Shown here: positions 38,289-51,700 of the stretch, piece by piece
Layout of the letters: every line of letters begins with the position of its first letter
Numbering within the stretch: position 1 is the first letter of the stretch
Assembly: GCA_964106915.2 (NCBI GenBank)
Contig: OZ066927.1
Source: Podarcis gaigeae
Taxonomy: Eukaryota
Reading direction: 5' to 3' (one strand)
Length of the DNA: 64,000 nt
The notes under the pieces: model-generated
Database searches by the model: none
Told to the model about the DNA's origin: nothing
Seen by the model: the letters and a program-made list of their open reading frames with translations, nothing else
Position numbers and translations under genes: made by a program

Positions 38289-41200
38289 TAAACACACATA
38301 TTTTTAAAGTGTGCTTAAACCGGTCACTTTTGTTTTGAAGAAAGAAAACAGTCGTGGCCCCACCATTCTGGAGTGTACTCTTGATCTGATCAGGGTCTCT
38401 CCCTGGTTTCCTGCCACCCGCCACAACTGCTATTTGTCCCAACTGTTTAGCATTAAGATGAAGCAGTTCGAAATATGGTGATATTCCATGGCCACTATGG
38501 CTTTTTATCAGGCAGACTGCCAAGCATTTCCTCTGAAAGGGCCGGCCCTACCATTAGGCAACATGAGGTGAGGGATTGTGTGAGGCAAGCAGCAGCAGCA
38601 TGTGCTGCTTCCTCTAAGCTAGTCTGCTACTCTCAGGTATGGTGGAAGGCCAGGATGAAGATGTGTGTCTTCGACATCTGCTGAAAACTGCATAATGAAG
38701 GTGCCACACACATCTCCATAGAGGTGGCCACAGAGAATGCCCTCTCCCAGGCCACCATCCCACAGAGCTTTTGCAGGTGGTGGGACTGCTAAGAGGGCTT
38801 CAATCCTATGCACAGTTGCCAGACTGCAAGGCCTACTGAACACAGTGGGGCTTACTTCTAAGTAGACAGACATAGGATTGCCCTGTTAGCTTCTATACCA
38901 GAAAACATATGACTCAAACCAGCTGCAGCCACTCCAAGCAGGGATTAATTCTAAATGCAAAAATCATTAACATTTTCACCTCAATTTGGGGAGCCTGGCT
39001 CACGGAATGAGAAGCACGTGGGCACTTCTATCCAATTGACGCACCCGCAACCTCCCCACCTCTGACGATGATTGCAACAGGCTCTCTTCCTTGCCAGTCA
39101 TTAATGAGTATATATTCTATTAGGCTGGGGATCAAGTGTTAGCGGATATTTTCTCTTGCAATATGGTGTTTCAGATTCCTATCCCATTTACCGAAATTAA
39201 TCAACATCTGGGCTCCATATGGTGACCGTTCTCTCCCTCCCTTCTCTCCGACCCTTTTCCTTCTGGGCAGTTTGGCAACTTAATCAGTACGGAACATTCC
39301 AGCGGAAAGGGTACCGCTGGAGGCAGCATGAAACGAGAAAGAATAGTGAATTAAATTCAAAATGTATAACCCACCCACCCCATGGGAAGTGGGGGAAAGG
39401 TGTTATGGCTATATTAAGGAATCTCGCCATAAATAGACTGATATTTAATGCCTCTTTTTCCCACAGCTGAGGATTCCATATGGACCACGTGAAGATTCAT
39501 CGGCAGTTAATTGTTTGCTGTGGGATTTCAGCTTAAAGGGCTGATTTGAAAGGGCTGTTCTCCGTTCCTGAGCTCAATGGAAATGCTTGCTTCCTTCTCC
39601 CCACGTTAACACCCCCCCCCCCCCCGTGCAAGCTGCTCTTCGCCACAATGTTGGGGGGGGGGAGATGAGGACAGGTTACTCTCCCACCAAAAGCTGGCTT
39701 CTGGATCTAATTCTCGCTCCCACTCCGCTGGCTGATTTTAGCCAAAGAACAAAACTTTGATCAATCCCAGAATGAACCACTGTCCCCGCTCTCTCTCTCA
39801 TTGATTTTCTTTTGCTGTGGTTTTATACCTGTATTTTCTCATTGAAATAATCAAAATTGTCATATTAGCAGGGTGGGGGCAGACACAATATGGATACCTG
39901 ACTCTTTCCACCCTTCATGGTGAATGGCAGCTTGCATGGACTGCATCAGGCTTCAGGTGGGACAGCTGCACATTTGAGGGGTCCCCTGCAGAGGTGTAGA
40001 GGTCAAGGGTCACAGGTAGTAGGGGGAGGATGAAGACCTGTTTGTGTTTCTACTGCAGAGTCCCAGTCTCCAACATCCTAAAAATGCCCAATCATCATGA
40101 AAGGTGAACTTTTTAGTTGCGGAGAAGCAGTCTTTTTACCCCTTGTACTGAATGGTGCCAAGAAGAGTAAACGAAGATGAGTTAGCTATGGAGGACGGGC
40201 TCCTAGGGTCTCAAAAGGGTTGCAAAAAAGAGAGAGAAAATGGGGTTGCTTCCCCCACCTTGGGCTCAGGCCCCACCCACTGCCCATGATGTGGCCCCCA
40301 ACAGATAACTCCCAAGGGAATGTGGCCCTCAACAGGAAAAAAAAGGTCACCCACTACTGATTTAGGGAGAAGGTTGTATTTATTTCTTCTTTTCCTGTTT
40401 CTCTTTCAAAAATGTAAAATGCACATTTTTTTTGTGCCCCCCCCAGCATCATGAGTAAGGCAAGGCTATGAAAGAGTGCATTAAAAGAGACACAGAGGGA
40501 ATTTGGTGAAATAAAACCCATTGCTCCCCATCAAGGGAGGGTGTTGTAGGAAATGTACAATTTGCAGGGGCCACAGATGTTTACAAAATCCAGAGAGTAG
40601 GTGAAAGGTACCAATAGACACCTTTATCTCTGCAGGTCTGAGTGACAAAAATACAGGGGTTGCTTGATCCCAGAATCTGCTATGCCAGATAAGCCGATTT
40701 ATTTCATAAACCGTGGATGTATTTAAATGCTGCGGGATGTCCTCCTCAAACATTCCAGTGCACTGATGCAGATCCTAGATATGGATGTGTGTATTTGCTA
40801 ACTTAAGGGCAACATTTACAATTAACCCACCTCAGCTCCTGACAAGCAATCCCCCGCAAGGGGAACATATGGCTTCCCATACCAAAGTGGGGAGAACAGA
40901 CTGAGTTTCCTAATTGGGTTCCTGTGGAAATTAAGAGGGGTGTTTCTCAGGTACACACACAGCAGATCTAAAACTCTGAATCAGCCTTCCCTCCAGATGT
41001 TTTTGGACTGCAACGCCCATCAGCCCCAGGCAGGACAGTCATGTCTTTAGCCTTCCAAAAAGAATGATGATCTCTGGAATGATGAGTTTCCTCTTGGAGC
41101 GCTGCTAATAGCTCTCTGCAGGTGCTGTTATTGGTGCTAATGATAAAATACTGGGCAGGGAGGACGGGTCATGATGTGAGATAAACAGCCCCAGGGATCC

Positions 41201-41886
41201 TGTTGCATGGATGAGAACTTGCAGGTCTGCTGAGGGAGGAACTACGTGAGATCTCAGCAAACCTGAACATGCTGAGATAATGCAAATGTGGGAACATTTG
41301 GCAGGGTGGGGGTGGGTGGGAAGAGAGAATGGGCCCATTTGTAGGAGAAGGTAGCCAGGCAAGAGAAGTAATAATTTATCCTTTGTATACTTGCTGATTT
41401 CTCCTTGCAAATGCCCACCTCCCCAGAGTTTTCCCTCAAAGTTTAGTGGGCAGAAAACAAGTTAAGAGCAGTCAGAGGGGCATTTGCAGGGGAGACTCCA
41501 TGGGTGGGAGCTGGAAGGGGAAGGGGTAAGCACCCCATCCTGGCTGGCAATACTCCCCTACAAATGTCCACTTCCTGGCAAACATCTGCACAGTGCAAAA
41601 AACTGTGCTGTTGCCTAACTGTCTCATACTGTGTGTCCATAAGCTGACATGGGGCAGCAGACTAGCTGTTGTTGCCTGCCACTTGGAATCTCTCATCTGA
41701 AGCAGCTGCCTCACCCTGCCTGTTGATAGGGTTGGGCACTCAAGAGGCCACTCAAGGAAATGTTTGCTAGTCTGGCAGATAAAAACCACAGAGCCCATGG
41801 AAATCAGCGTGAGCACAGACACTTGAGCAATGCAAAACAGGGTTTTTTTTCCCAGGAGGGTTATTTCTTTTCTCAGGGCAATAGCA

Positions 41887-42074
41887 GGGAATGGCCATAG
41901 TTCAGCAGTTAGAGCATCTGCCCTGCATACAGAAGGTTCCAGGTTCAATCCCAGGCATCTCCAGCTAGGGTTGGGAGACACTCCTTGTCTGTAACCCAGG
42001 AGAGCTGCTGCCACTCAGTGTGGATCTAGATGGATTCAATGATCTGGCTCAGTATAAGGCAGCTTCCTATTTCC
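41887..42074 (+). mobile_element. tRNA-derived SINE (Squam2-like)
   Basis: A/B-box-like head ccatagttcagcagttagagc...ggttcaatccc; tail gtataaggcagcttcctat. Confidence 0.8.
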
Positions 42075-43274
42075 AGTGGAATGGGTTTAGCTGGAAATAT
42101 CTCCTCTGATTAAAACTCTCTTTTAGTGTGCCCTGGCAGGAGGACCTGGGTGGACGCAACCATTTCAGCCATGAAAACATTCATAAAGGAAAGGGTGAGG
42201 AGGAGCGAGAGTGCAGTCAAGCGTTTGACTGAACCGCATTGTTATTCAGACTCCTTGCCATGTAAGATCAGTTTGTTATTTAAGGTCAAAGCGGTAAAAC
42301 AAACTCATTGAGTTGTTCAAACAGAAAACCGGCGACTTTGTTTATGCCATGAATATTTAGTAGGAAAAGGAAGGACTGCAACTATCCAGGTACCAAGTAA
42401 CAGGGCAAAAGGGGCCCTGTTTTGCATGCAGGTGTAGGTGCTTTGTGGCTGCCCTAAATTACTGAATTGCTGAATGCCCTGTTGTAAATTATTCCCAGGG
42501 CGTAGTGAACTTCAAGGGCTGGATAAGAATCACCATCCACTTTCCACTGCTATGAACATAAGAAGAGTTCTGCTTGATCAAGTCGAAGGTCCATCTAGCC
42601 TATCGTCCTGCTCTCACAGTGGCCAACCTGATGCTCCAAGTGGAAGCCCAGCAATGGAGGTAAAACCTAACCATTGTGGCTGGTAGCCATCATCTTGTAA
42701 AGTAATCCAACTTGATGGTCAACACTCTCCCTGGTAAGGATGAGTTCTAACTCTGTGCTGTATGTAGAAAGTACTTTCTATTGCCTGTCTCGAATCTTCC
42801 AACATTCAGCCTCACTGGATGCCCCCCAATTCTAGCATTATGAGAGAGGAAAGAAAACATTTCTGCAACTTACTATTAATACAAGTTTCTGGAGTGCTTC
42901 CAGAGGCCATGGAGATAACCTAAGAGAAGGAGCTCCATAGATGCCCAAGCACAGCTCGGCAAAGTTTAAAGATCTGCTCCTGGAAGCATTCAAAATTAAC
43001 AAGGACAAACAAATGAAACCCCATTCCAATTGGATTATACTCTAAGAGCATATGTTGTTGCTGCTTTTAATGATCTAACAGATTATTATCAGCACTTAGG
43101 CGAAGGTTCAAGCTAAGTGATGGGACACTGGCTTTGCATCCAGAAGGTCCCAGTTTCAATCCCTGGAAGTATCTCCAGCTAGGACTGGGAAGTAGAGGTG
43201 GAAGTTGGGAGAGCTGAATTTAAGACTGGAAGATTGAGGAAGCGAGAATGGCAGATTTGTCTGTACCTATAGCA

Positions 43275-43626
43275 GGGACGCGGGTGGCGCTGTGGGTTAA
43301 ACCACGAGCCTAGGACTTGCCAATAAGAAGGTCGGTGGTTCGAATCCCCGCGACGGGGTGAGCTCCTGTTGTTTGGTCCCTGTTCCTGCCAACCTAGCAG
43401 TTCAAAAGCACATCAAAGTGCAAGTAGATAAATAGGTACTGCTCTGGCAGGATGGTAAACGGCGTTTCCATGCGCTGCTCTGGTTCGCCAGAAGCGGCTT
43501 AGTCATGCTGTCCACATGACCTGGAAGCTGTATGCCAGCTCCCTTGGCCAATAAAGCGAGATGAGTGCTGCAACCCCAGAGTCGGCCACGACTGGACCTA
43601 ATGGTCAGGGGTACCTTTACCTTTAC
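43275..43626 (+). mobile_element. Full-length Sauria SINE (Squam1; lacertid POM-like)
   Basis: gggacgcgggtggcgctgtgg A-box, ggttcgaatccc B-box, 3' end ...ggacctaatggtcaggggtacctttacctttac; CpG-rich. Confidence 0.92.
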
Positions 43627-43672
43627 AGCAGGACAGCATCCATGCAAGCCCTGTTCGCATGTTATTCTTTAC

Positions 43673-43675
<3 letters not shown>

Positions 43676-43718
<43 letters not shown>

Positions 43719-43741
43719 CCTCCCTCCCTCCCCCCCCCCCC
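43676..43741. repeat. (CT)n/(CCCT)n/poly-C polypyrimidine tract
   Basis: Read directly. Confidence 0.93.
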
Positions 43742-45438
43742 TGTAGTGGTCAGAAGGCTGCTTGGAGGCTATTTGTGAGGCATGGAATTAAGTTCTAAGA
43801 TTTGCATACATTTCTTTCAAAGGGCCCCTGAGGAATGCAGCTAAATAGAAAGTGAAATAAAAGGCTTTAATTCTATTGTAGAGGTTTTCAATCATTTCTC
43901 AGGTCGTTACCCCCCCTCCCATTCCCAATTTGGAATCTGAACCACAAACGAAACCAGCTCCCTGCTCTTGATATGCAAAGAGCCAGACGGGTCTCTAAGC
44001 AGGTGCCTTTGACAAAGCAATATAAAAATTCCTAAGTGTTAAAAGTGGATGAAAAGGAAGGAAGGAGATTGGTGAAGGCTAGATTGCCCTGTGAAATGGA
44101 GATGAAATAAACTCAGTCTGAAGTCTAAAGTTAAGGTACCGGGCCCCTGCGGTACCGAAAGGCAGCGGCAACGGAAATGCAATGCGACATGCCCACATTG
44201 CCAATTAAGGGAGCCAAATGGAAGGGACATGTCAACAAGTTGCAAAGAGGCCCTGGCACAAAGCCGAAACCCAGGGACGTCACTGCAAAATCCCACCAGA
44301 CTGCCACAAATATGAACACAGGGGAGACGCAGAGGAAGGACAAGGAGGAGGAGAAGCAAAGGGCTGAAGGCGTCCTCTCCCTCCGGTGACTTTTAAATAT
44401 TCTGTGTAACTGAATGAGATCTGGGAGGTCAAGGAGCAGCAGGAGGATACAGTCAGGGTCTGGGTCTAAAAATACAGACAGTTTGACATGAGTAGGGATG
44501 GGGGAGAAATTCAGTTCTGTTCACATTCAAAGGTGACCTTATCTATCTCTCACTTTCTGAAACAATGTGAGAACCCAAATACTGCTGCCACCCTCTGAAA
44601 TGCACCCTTCCTCAAGGAAGAACTCTAACCAATGTTTACAAAAAATGCATCATTTTAGGGAAAATGTGTACAGTACATTAATCAAGACAGCATGTGTTTA
44701 TTAGGAGAAATAGTCACTGAAATGCTGACAAGTTTTCATGGGGGTTAACAAATAAATTCACAAATTGCTGCAGAAATGTGGAGAGCTGGATTTAAGAATT
44801 GAAGAATGAGGAACTTGGAGGACCCAAACCAACAGTTTCATTCTTTCCCTAGGTACCAGGGGGAAGTATGCAGACATTGTTAAAAGGGAGATAGTTAGTT
44901 TTTGGGTTGTTGTTTTTTAAAAAGCTCCTAACAAAACTGTGACAAAGTACTTTTGGGTTGCTTGGAAGCAATCCTCTGGGCATGTGTCAAATGTTTTCTC
45001 AAGCATAGCCATCAGCAGTGAGATTCAGATGCTTTCCCCTCTGCACCAGATTTATTCAGGCTAAGGAAGGAACCTCAAATTAAAGAACACAAGAGGAGCC
45101 AATGACCCATCTAATCCATCATCATCATCTTGTTCTCACAGTGGCCACCCAGATACCTGTCGGAAAGCTGTGGGAGCAAGTTCCATAGTATGCGCAGGGT
45201 GAAGCATTATGATAGTGATGATTACTATGGCTACAATTTATTATCCAGCCTTCATCCTAAAGTCCCAGGGCAGTTCCTGAATCATTGCGAAATGAAACTG
45301 GAGCAACAAACCCTGAACAACTTGGAATGTTACATACAGAAAGGAACAGGACACAAGCAATACATGCAAAGATCTCTTTCCACCCTAAACTCGAGCTCAG
45401 ATGAACTGAGAGTATCTTGATTACCAGACATAGGAAAC

Positions 45439-45799
45439 GGTTGTGGTTCGAGGACCCGATCCCCGCGTAGTGGAATGAAAACACAAGGACACGTGATATA
45501 AGGTTAATGGGCAAGAAAAGGCCACAACTTTATTGATTACAGCAAGTGAAAAGGTATTGGCTTAGGCATTGGATTACGTCAGCCGACTCCACCCCCTCTG
45601 AGAGGGGTGAGTCTAAAACAGGGGGGTTTAGACGGGACGACGAAAAGTGAGGTCGGAAGGCTGGTGCCGCAGCAATTTAGGCTGCTAAACACGCCCCCTC
45701 GCAGGCACCTGCTTGGGTGCCTGCCCGTGGGCGTGGGCGCCAGCCAGGTGAGTGGGGAGGCAGGCGGCTTGAGGCGGAGTCCGGCTCCCGACCACAACC
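45439..45799 (-). mobile_element. CpG-rich LTR-like or TIR-bounded element of unknown family
   Basis: Inverted ends ggttgtggt...accacaacc; minus-strand AATAAA at 45529-45534; no TSD found. Confidence 0.5.
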
Positions 45800-48700
45800 A
45801 CTCCCCTCTCTTGCAGGAAGAGAGTCTTTATCTTCCTAGGAATATACTCGCCCTCTCTCTTCATATAGAATTCTACCACCCATTGGTCTACCAGATAAAT
45901 GATTTAAACATGGGAGGATCAAACCCTTCCTAATTGCAGATTATTTCCAGTGAATATTTTCCCCCTCTCCAGACCACCAGTCCTGACACCCCATCACTTC
46001 TATTTTCTAAACAGGGCCAAGTGCACACTTGACCTTGTCATCTAATGGGCACTAGGCAAGCAGTGTTTCATCCTCCCACAACCTTGAAACATTTTAGCTC
46101 TCATCCTGCTCTTTTAAACTTTTGTGCTGTTTTCTTGTGTGTGTGTTTTAATGCATATTGTGTATTTATTGTAAATGTCCCTGGGATCTTTCTCAATGAT
46201 CTATCCAGTTTGAATTCTCCCTGATAGGTGTGAAAACAGATTCTACAAAAGTAGCTCTCTGTTATTGGTATCTTTTAACTCTTTTTTTTTTTAAAAAAAC
46301 CCAAAACCCTGTATGAATGTTTGGCTTTCTGGGGAGGAAAAGGCACCTTTCTTTAGGAGAAAACGGGTTCCTTTTATCTTCTGTGTTGCCAGCAGTAAGA
46401 GATCCACAGCTGGTTAAATAGCACAGGATAGAAGATGTTCCTAGTATAATGGGGGGGGGGGGGAATCACACTGTATGGTCTCTTGCGCCCATAGATAATG
46501 TGCAAAATGAAAATCACACACACACGCACACACAAAGTCCTCTTGCGCCCATAGATAACTTGCAAAATGAAAAGCTGGCTTTTTTTTTGCCAGCGATGCT
46601 CCACTTAATTGGACAACTGCTGTGCCGTAATACCTACCCCAATCTCACATAGCGCAAAATTTATGCTGGTGATCGCTAACAAAAACAGCCCAATAAAATA
46701 GCTGGATTTATTTTACAAATGAAAAGGGCTGTTAACAAAGCGGAGCATCTGATATGCTCACTAAATCAAGGATAAAAGGACAGGAGCTCCATTGAACGTC
46801 ACCCCCTCCCGAGTTTTCTTCTTCTTCCAGAAACTTCAGACAAGAATAGTCCCCCCCCCCCGCACTAAAAGTACATCTGGAGTCATATCAAAGGGAAACC
46901 GATCATTTAAATGAGTTAAATTGCCATCACAGCCCCTCAATGGATCCGACAGTCTCAGCTCCAGGTTCATTTCTGACATTAAAAGGAGAAGCCTTTTTTG
47001 CAAATTTTATAAACTCCCTTTCCCCTCATTCTCTAATCAATAGCTTAAGGCCAAGGGAAGTTTTGTTCATTATGTGAAGAACACGGATACATTGTGCAAT
47101 TGTAATATGGATGATAAAAATATGTTGAATATGGTCCCCTGCAAGGTTGAGATGTGAGGCAGTGTGGTGTAGTGATCAAAGCAGGTGTGGGTTATAGTTT
47201 TGGAAGGTTATAGTTTTGGTTATAGTTTTGTAGCTCAGCAATAGAGCAGCTGCTTTGCATGAAGAAGGTCCCAGTATCAATACTGGGAATCCTCAGCCTT
47301 GGCGGGGAGAAACTCCACATCTGAGATCCTGGAGATCCACTGCCAGTCAGTCTAGACAATAGTGAGTGAGACAGACCAATGGCCTGATTCAGTAAAAGGC
47401 AACTTCATAACCTCTGGTCTATGGGCCAGATTAGACCCTTCAGGAATCCTAATTTGCTCCACAATGCTGTTTCCCCCAAGATACATCCACCTGCTCTACA
47501 TCTGATGTAAAAAATGGCATCTGGGCAGATAAATATATGGCTGCAAAACAACAAATTTGGAGCCTTAAGGTGCATTCCCGCTTGTTCCTCAGCAAGTGGA
47601 CCTTGCAATCAGCTTTCAAATGCAAGGCAAACACAGATCAGTTGCACTTCAGAGTTCCTGAGAGCAACTCATCCATGCTGGAAGCAAAGCTTGAAGTCAT
47701 CACTAATGACCAGCTGATTGACTTCAAGCCTCATTGAGGTCAGGCACTCTGGAGCATAGCTGATCCTTGCTTAAAAACAATGGTCTCCCAGCACCACCTT
47801 CTGAGACCTGTCTTTTAGGAATGGCCAGAGCCAACTGGAGCATAGTAACCCCATTGGACCATTCCTGCAAGGTGACCAGAAGGATATGATGACGATTGAT
47901 GACATAGTTCATTGACCCCCTGAGTAACTGGCATGCACAGAATGATGAAACCTAAGGAAATACATGCACATATCTTTAATCTGCAAAATGTATACAGGCT
48001 GCAGAATATTTAGTTCACCAAATTTATTTATATAAAAAAGCAGAATATGCACCATCCACTTAAGCTGAAGTTTCTTTCATGGATGCTTTAGTTGAGATTC
48101 CTGCATTGCAGGAGGTTGGACCAGATGACCCTCGGGGTCCCTTCCAACTCTACAATTCTATAAGCTATGTAAACTCTAGTCAAGGAGGGTGACTTTGGGA
48201 GACGAACATATGCAATAGGGCATTCAGGGTTAAGGACCAGGAGGCAGCAAGCACCAGGCAGTGGTGAGTGCTGAGTGCCAGGCACCTGGCAGGGGTGAAG
48301 GGCAGGAGGCGGTAGCATGGGCACTGCCTCAATCTGAGTGGGGGAGGCATGGTGGTGTGGGGAGTGGTGGCACTGCTGCTGCTGGCGAGGCGGCAGGAGG
48401 TGCAGCCTCCCAACTAACCTCTTGCTCATCTTGCCACTTTGGGTGGCAGCTTCTCCTCCTCCTCTCAGGGTGCAGCTTGCTTCTGACTGCTTCATGGATG
48501 GGGCCCGGCTGTGCACCAAAGGAAAAAGACTTCCGCTTTGCCCCACCCACTTTTGCCTCTGGCCCCACCCACCTCTGGCATACTGTGTCCCGAAGACTTT
48601 CTTTCCCCTGTCCACCAAAGAACATTCAGACTAGGTTCAAGAGCTAAAAGTTCACTCCTCTCTTGAAAACCTTGCTCCTTTCAAATCCCCTCTGGATCAT

Positions 48701-51700
48701 AGATAATCTTATTATTGGACGTCTGTGACATATGGCTTTGCTGTCTGAACACGGCAGGGGGATGGGAATGGAATTATTCTGTCCTGGAAAATACATTTTT
48801 ATCCTCATATTGTACAAGAGCAATCTCCCCAAACTGTCAAAACAGGTGTGTGTGGGTGTGTGTGTGTGTGTGTGGAGGGGAGAGAAAGTCAGGTTGACTC
48901 CTTTCATATCAAATCCTTTCGTATTGGTGATGAAGTGCTAGTTTTGCTCGACACCACTCTGAGTTCGATAAAAGTGGACAGGTCTCCAACAAATTGGAGC
49001 TTAAAGAGATGAACTCGTTAAAGCAATAGAAGTTCTGTCACCTCGCTATGATGTATCGACACGAGGGCTGACCGAGGTGGCAATCGCTGGAAGGACATCA
49101 TGTCAACCAAGAACTCAACTGCATTACAAGCTTCCCACAGCTAAAGTGGTTTAACTAGGTATAGCTGGTGGCACAGGTTGCTCTAACACAGTCTTTGCCA
49201 ACTCCATGCTCTCCAGTTGTGCCCTCATGCAGGCCAGGGCTGATGGGGCTTGCAGTCCAAAACAGCTGAAGGGCACCAGGTTAGTGGAGGCTATTCCAAC
49301 GGGTTAGAGCAGAGGTAGTCAACCTGGGGCTGTCCAGGTGTTCTGAAATACAGCTTCCATCATTGCTTCCCATTGACATGCTGGCAGGAGTGGATGGAAG
49401 TTGCAGTCCAAAATACCTGGAGGGCACCATATTAGCTATCATGGTTAGAGTTACCTGCAAATACAGGTAAAACCACCAAAGCCAATCAGCACTAAGGCAA
49501 GACAACACAGGAGCTAACTCCTAGAGGCCAAGGTCCCTTTGGCCCCCACAACTAAATATTTCACCCCCCCAGTTGATGGGCACATGGGGCAGGGCTTACC
49601 TGCCCCCCCCATATTTTATTCATGTTGGCACCTCGTTTGACAGCCAGCTTAAAAGTATGCATGGTAGATTCTGAGTCACCAAGGTTTATTTCCCCCTTGT
49701 GAGAGAGGGAGAAATAACTCTGAAATTCTGGAATTGAGAGGAGGCATCTCATTTGGTAGTGCTTAGGTGGCAGTGTGGCTTAAGAACCAGATGTGGTATT
49801 TGCAGTTTCTGGTTCAAGCCTCACCTCAGCCATGAACTCTGCTAGACTAATCACCATAATTCCTGGCCTTTGCTGGCTGGGGTTGATGATATTAGTAACT
49901 TTGCATTAATATCATGTTTTTATATGTAACTGTATTTTGGTAATATTTTTTGTTGTTGCTTCAGTTTTCTGTACACCGCTTATAGATATTTTAAACATAT
50001 TGAGCGGTATAGAAATTAAATCATCATTATCACCATGATGTGAGGGACTGATGGGAGCTGTAGCACAACAACAGCAACGGAAGGGCACCATATTGGCTGC
50101 TCTCATCTCTAACCAACACACCACACTGACCCTCAAAATAGTTGGGAAGATACAAAGACCCAATTAGTGATATTTATCAAAACTACCAAGAGCTAAGTCC
50201 TGAGTAGACTGAGACCATCATAGGATGAATTAGTCCCTACTTCTATCTTTCCTTAACACCTAGCAGAACTAAGGAATCCAAACCCAGGTGTGTTCTGCAA
50301 AAGAAAAACACAATGAGAGGAGCCTGAGGCTCCCCTGTCCTGAAAAAGGAACAAAGAGCCATCAGTGAATGTTGACTCAGCATCTTACTAATGATCCTCT
50401 CTGAGAAAGTTGCAATTAGTTGTGGGCTGAGCAGTGAAAACACACCAGCCATGTTTCAAGGGCAAATCTAATGATGCTCTGAGCTAACAAGTGAGCGCTG
50501 GAGCTTCTTTGCAAGACTTCCCTGCAAGGCAGGTCAAGAATCCCACAGTCTCATGCTATGCTTAATTAATGAACCAGACCCTCCCTTTTGACATTTTACA
50601 GAATTACAGGAATGAAAATCAGAAGCAAACAGAAAATCCCAGCCCTAAGGTCTTGCTGGTGATGTATTCTGAAAACCTTCAAACAATATATTTCTGTTGC
50701 TTTGCAGTGGCATAAATGAGCACGTAACTCCAGTATTCATGGGTTTGGAGGTTTTTTCCAGCTCTGATGGAAAGACATTATAATCCTGGAAAAGACAATA
50801 CAGTAGGTTTTTGCAGCAGCTCTGCTTCTGACTCTTGGACTTTGGTCCAAGTCTGTTTAATAGCATCTATAGCTTGGCCATGGTGATTTGTGCTATGGTA
50901 ACCTCATGGCTGAACTACTGTAACATGGGCTATGTGGGGCCTCCCTTGGGATTGGTCTGGAAGCTGCAGCTGGTGCGGAATATTAAAGCCAGTACCAGGA
51001 TGCACTGGCTGCCAATCATCTACCAGGCTAACTATCATTAAGTAATTTATATAAATGCTTTAAAACAAACAAACAAACAGTGAAAAACTGAGATGCTCCT
51101 TAAAGTTACACAGCATCCAACTTGTTCTTCAGCATCTCAGTTAATGCTGATCTGCTTGGTATACTTGGAAACTCCTGCTTCCAAAATTTGAAAACTTATG
51201 TCAGCCACTATGAACTTTGGACAGACAGCACACACCTGTGATCAAGATGTCCCAAACGCATTTTCAGCTAACGCTGAAAACTCCACACTGAAGGTGCCTG
51301 AATGCAGTTTCAGGGTTAAGAGGTTCCACAGAGTTCCACCACAACAGAGAAAGTCCTCTCAGAGGTCGCAGCCAGCTGGGCAGCCCCTGTTGGTGGAACC
51401 CCAAAGGTCCACCCCTAACCCACCACACAGCAGCAATCTCAGTTACAGAGCTAGCAGATATGTGTAGAGACACTCTTTCAAGTATTCCTTATTTAAGGGG
51501 GAAAAGTACTTTTAATTCTTAAAAGCTCTTGAGAAATTCTGACTGCTTTCAACTTCATTTCTCAGGAAGGAGGCACTCAACTTCCCTCTTATCAGTGCAG
51601 GGAGCTGAGGCTGAGTTATAATGGCCTGGTTTGCACAACACATACATTTAAGCCATGGTTTACTGGGACCTCATGAATGTGTGGAGTCCCAGAGAGGAGT

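Noticed and set aside
48925-49075. Possible C/D-box snoRNA (gtgatga ... ctga)
   Set aside because: The boxes are on the strand opposite the host gene, and I saw no terminal stem or recognisable guide.
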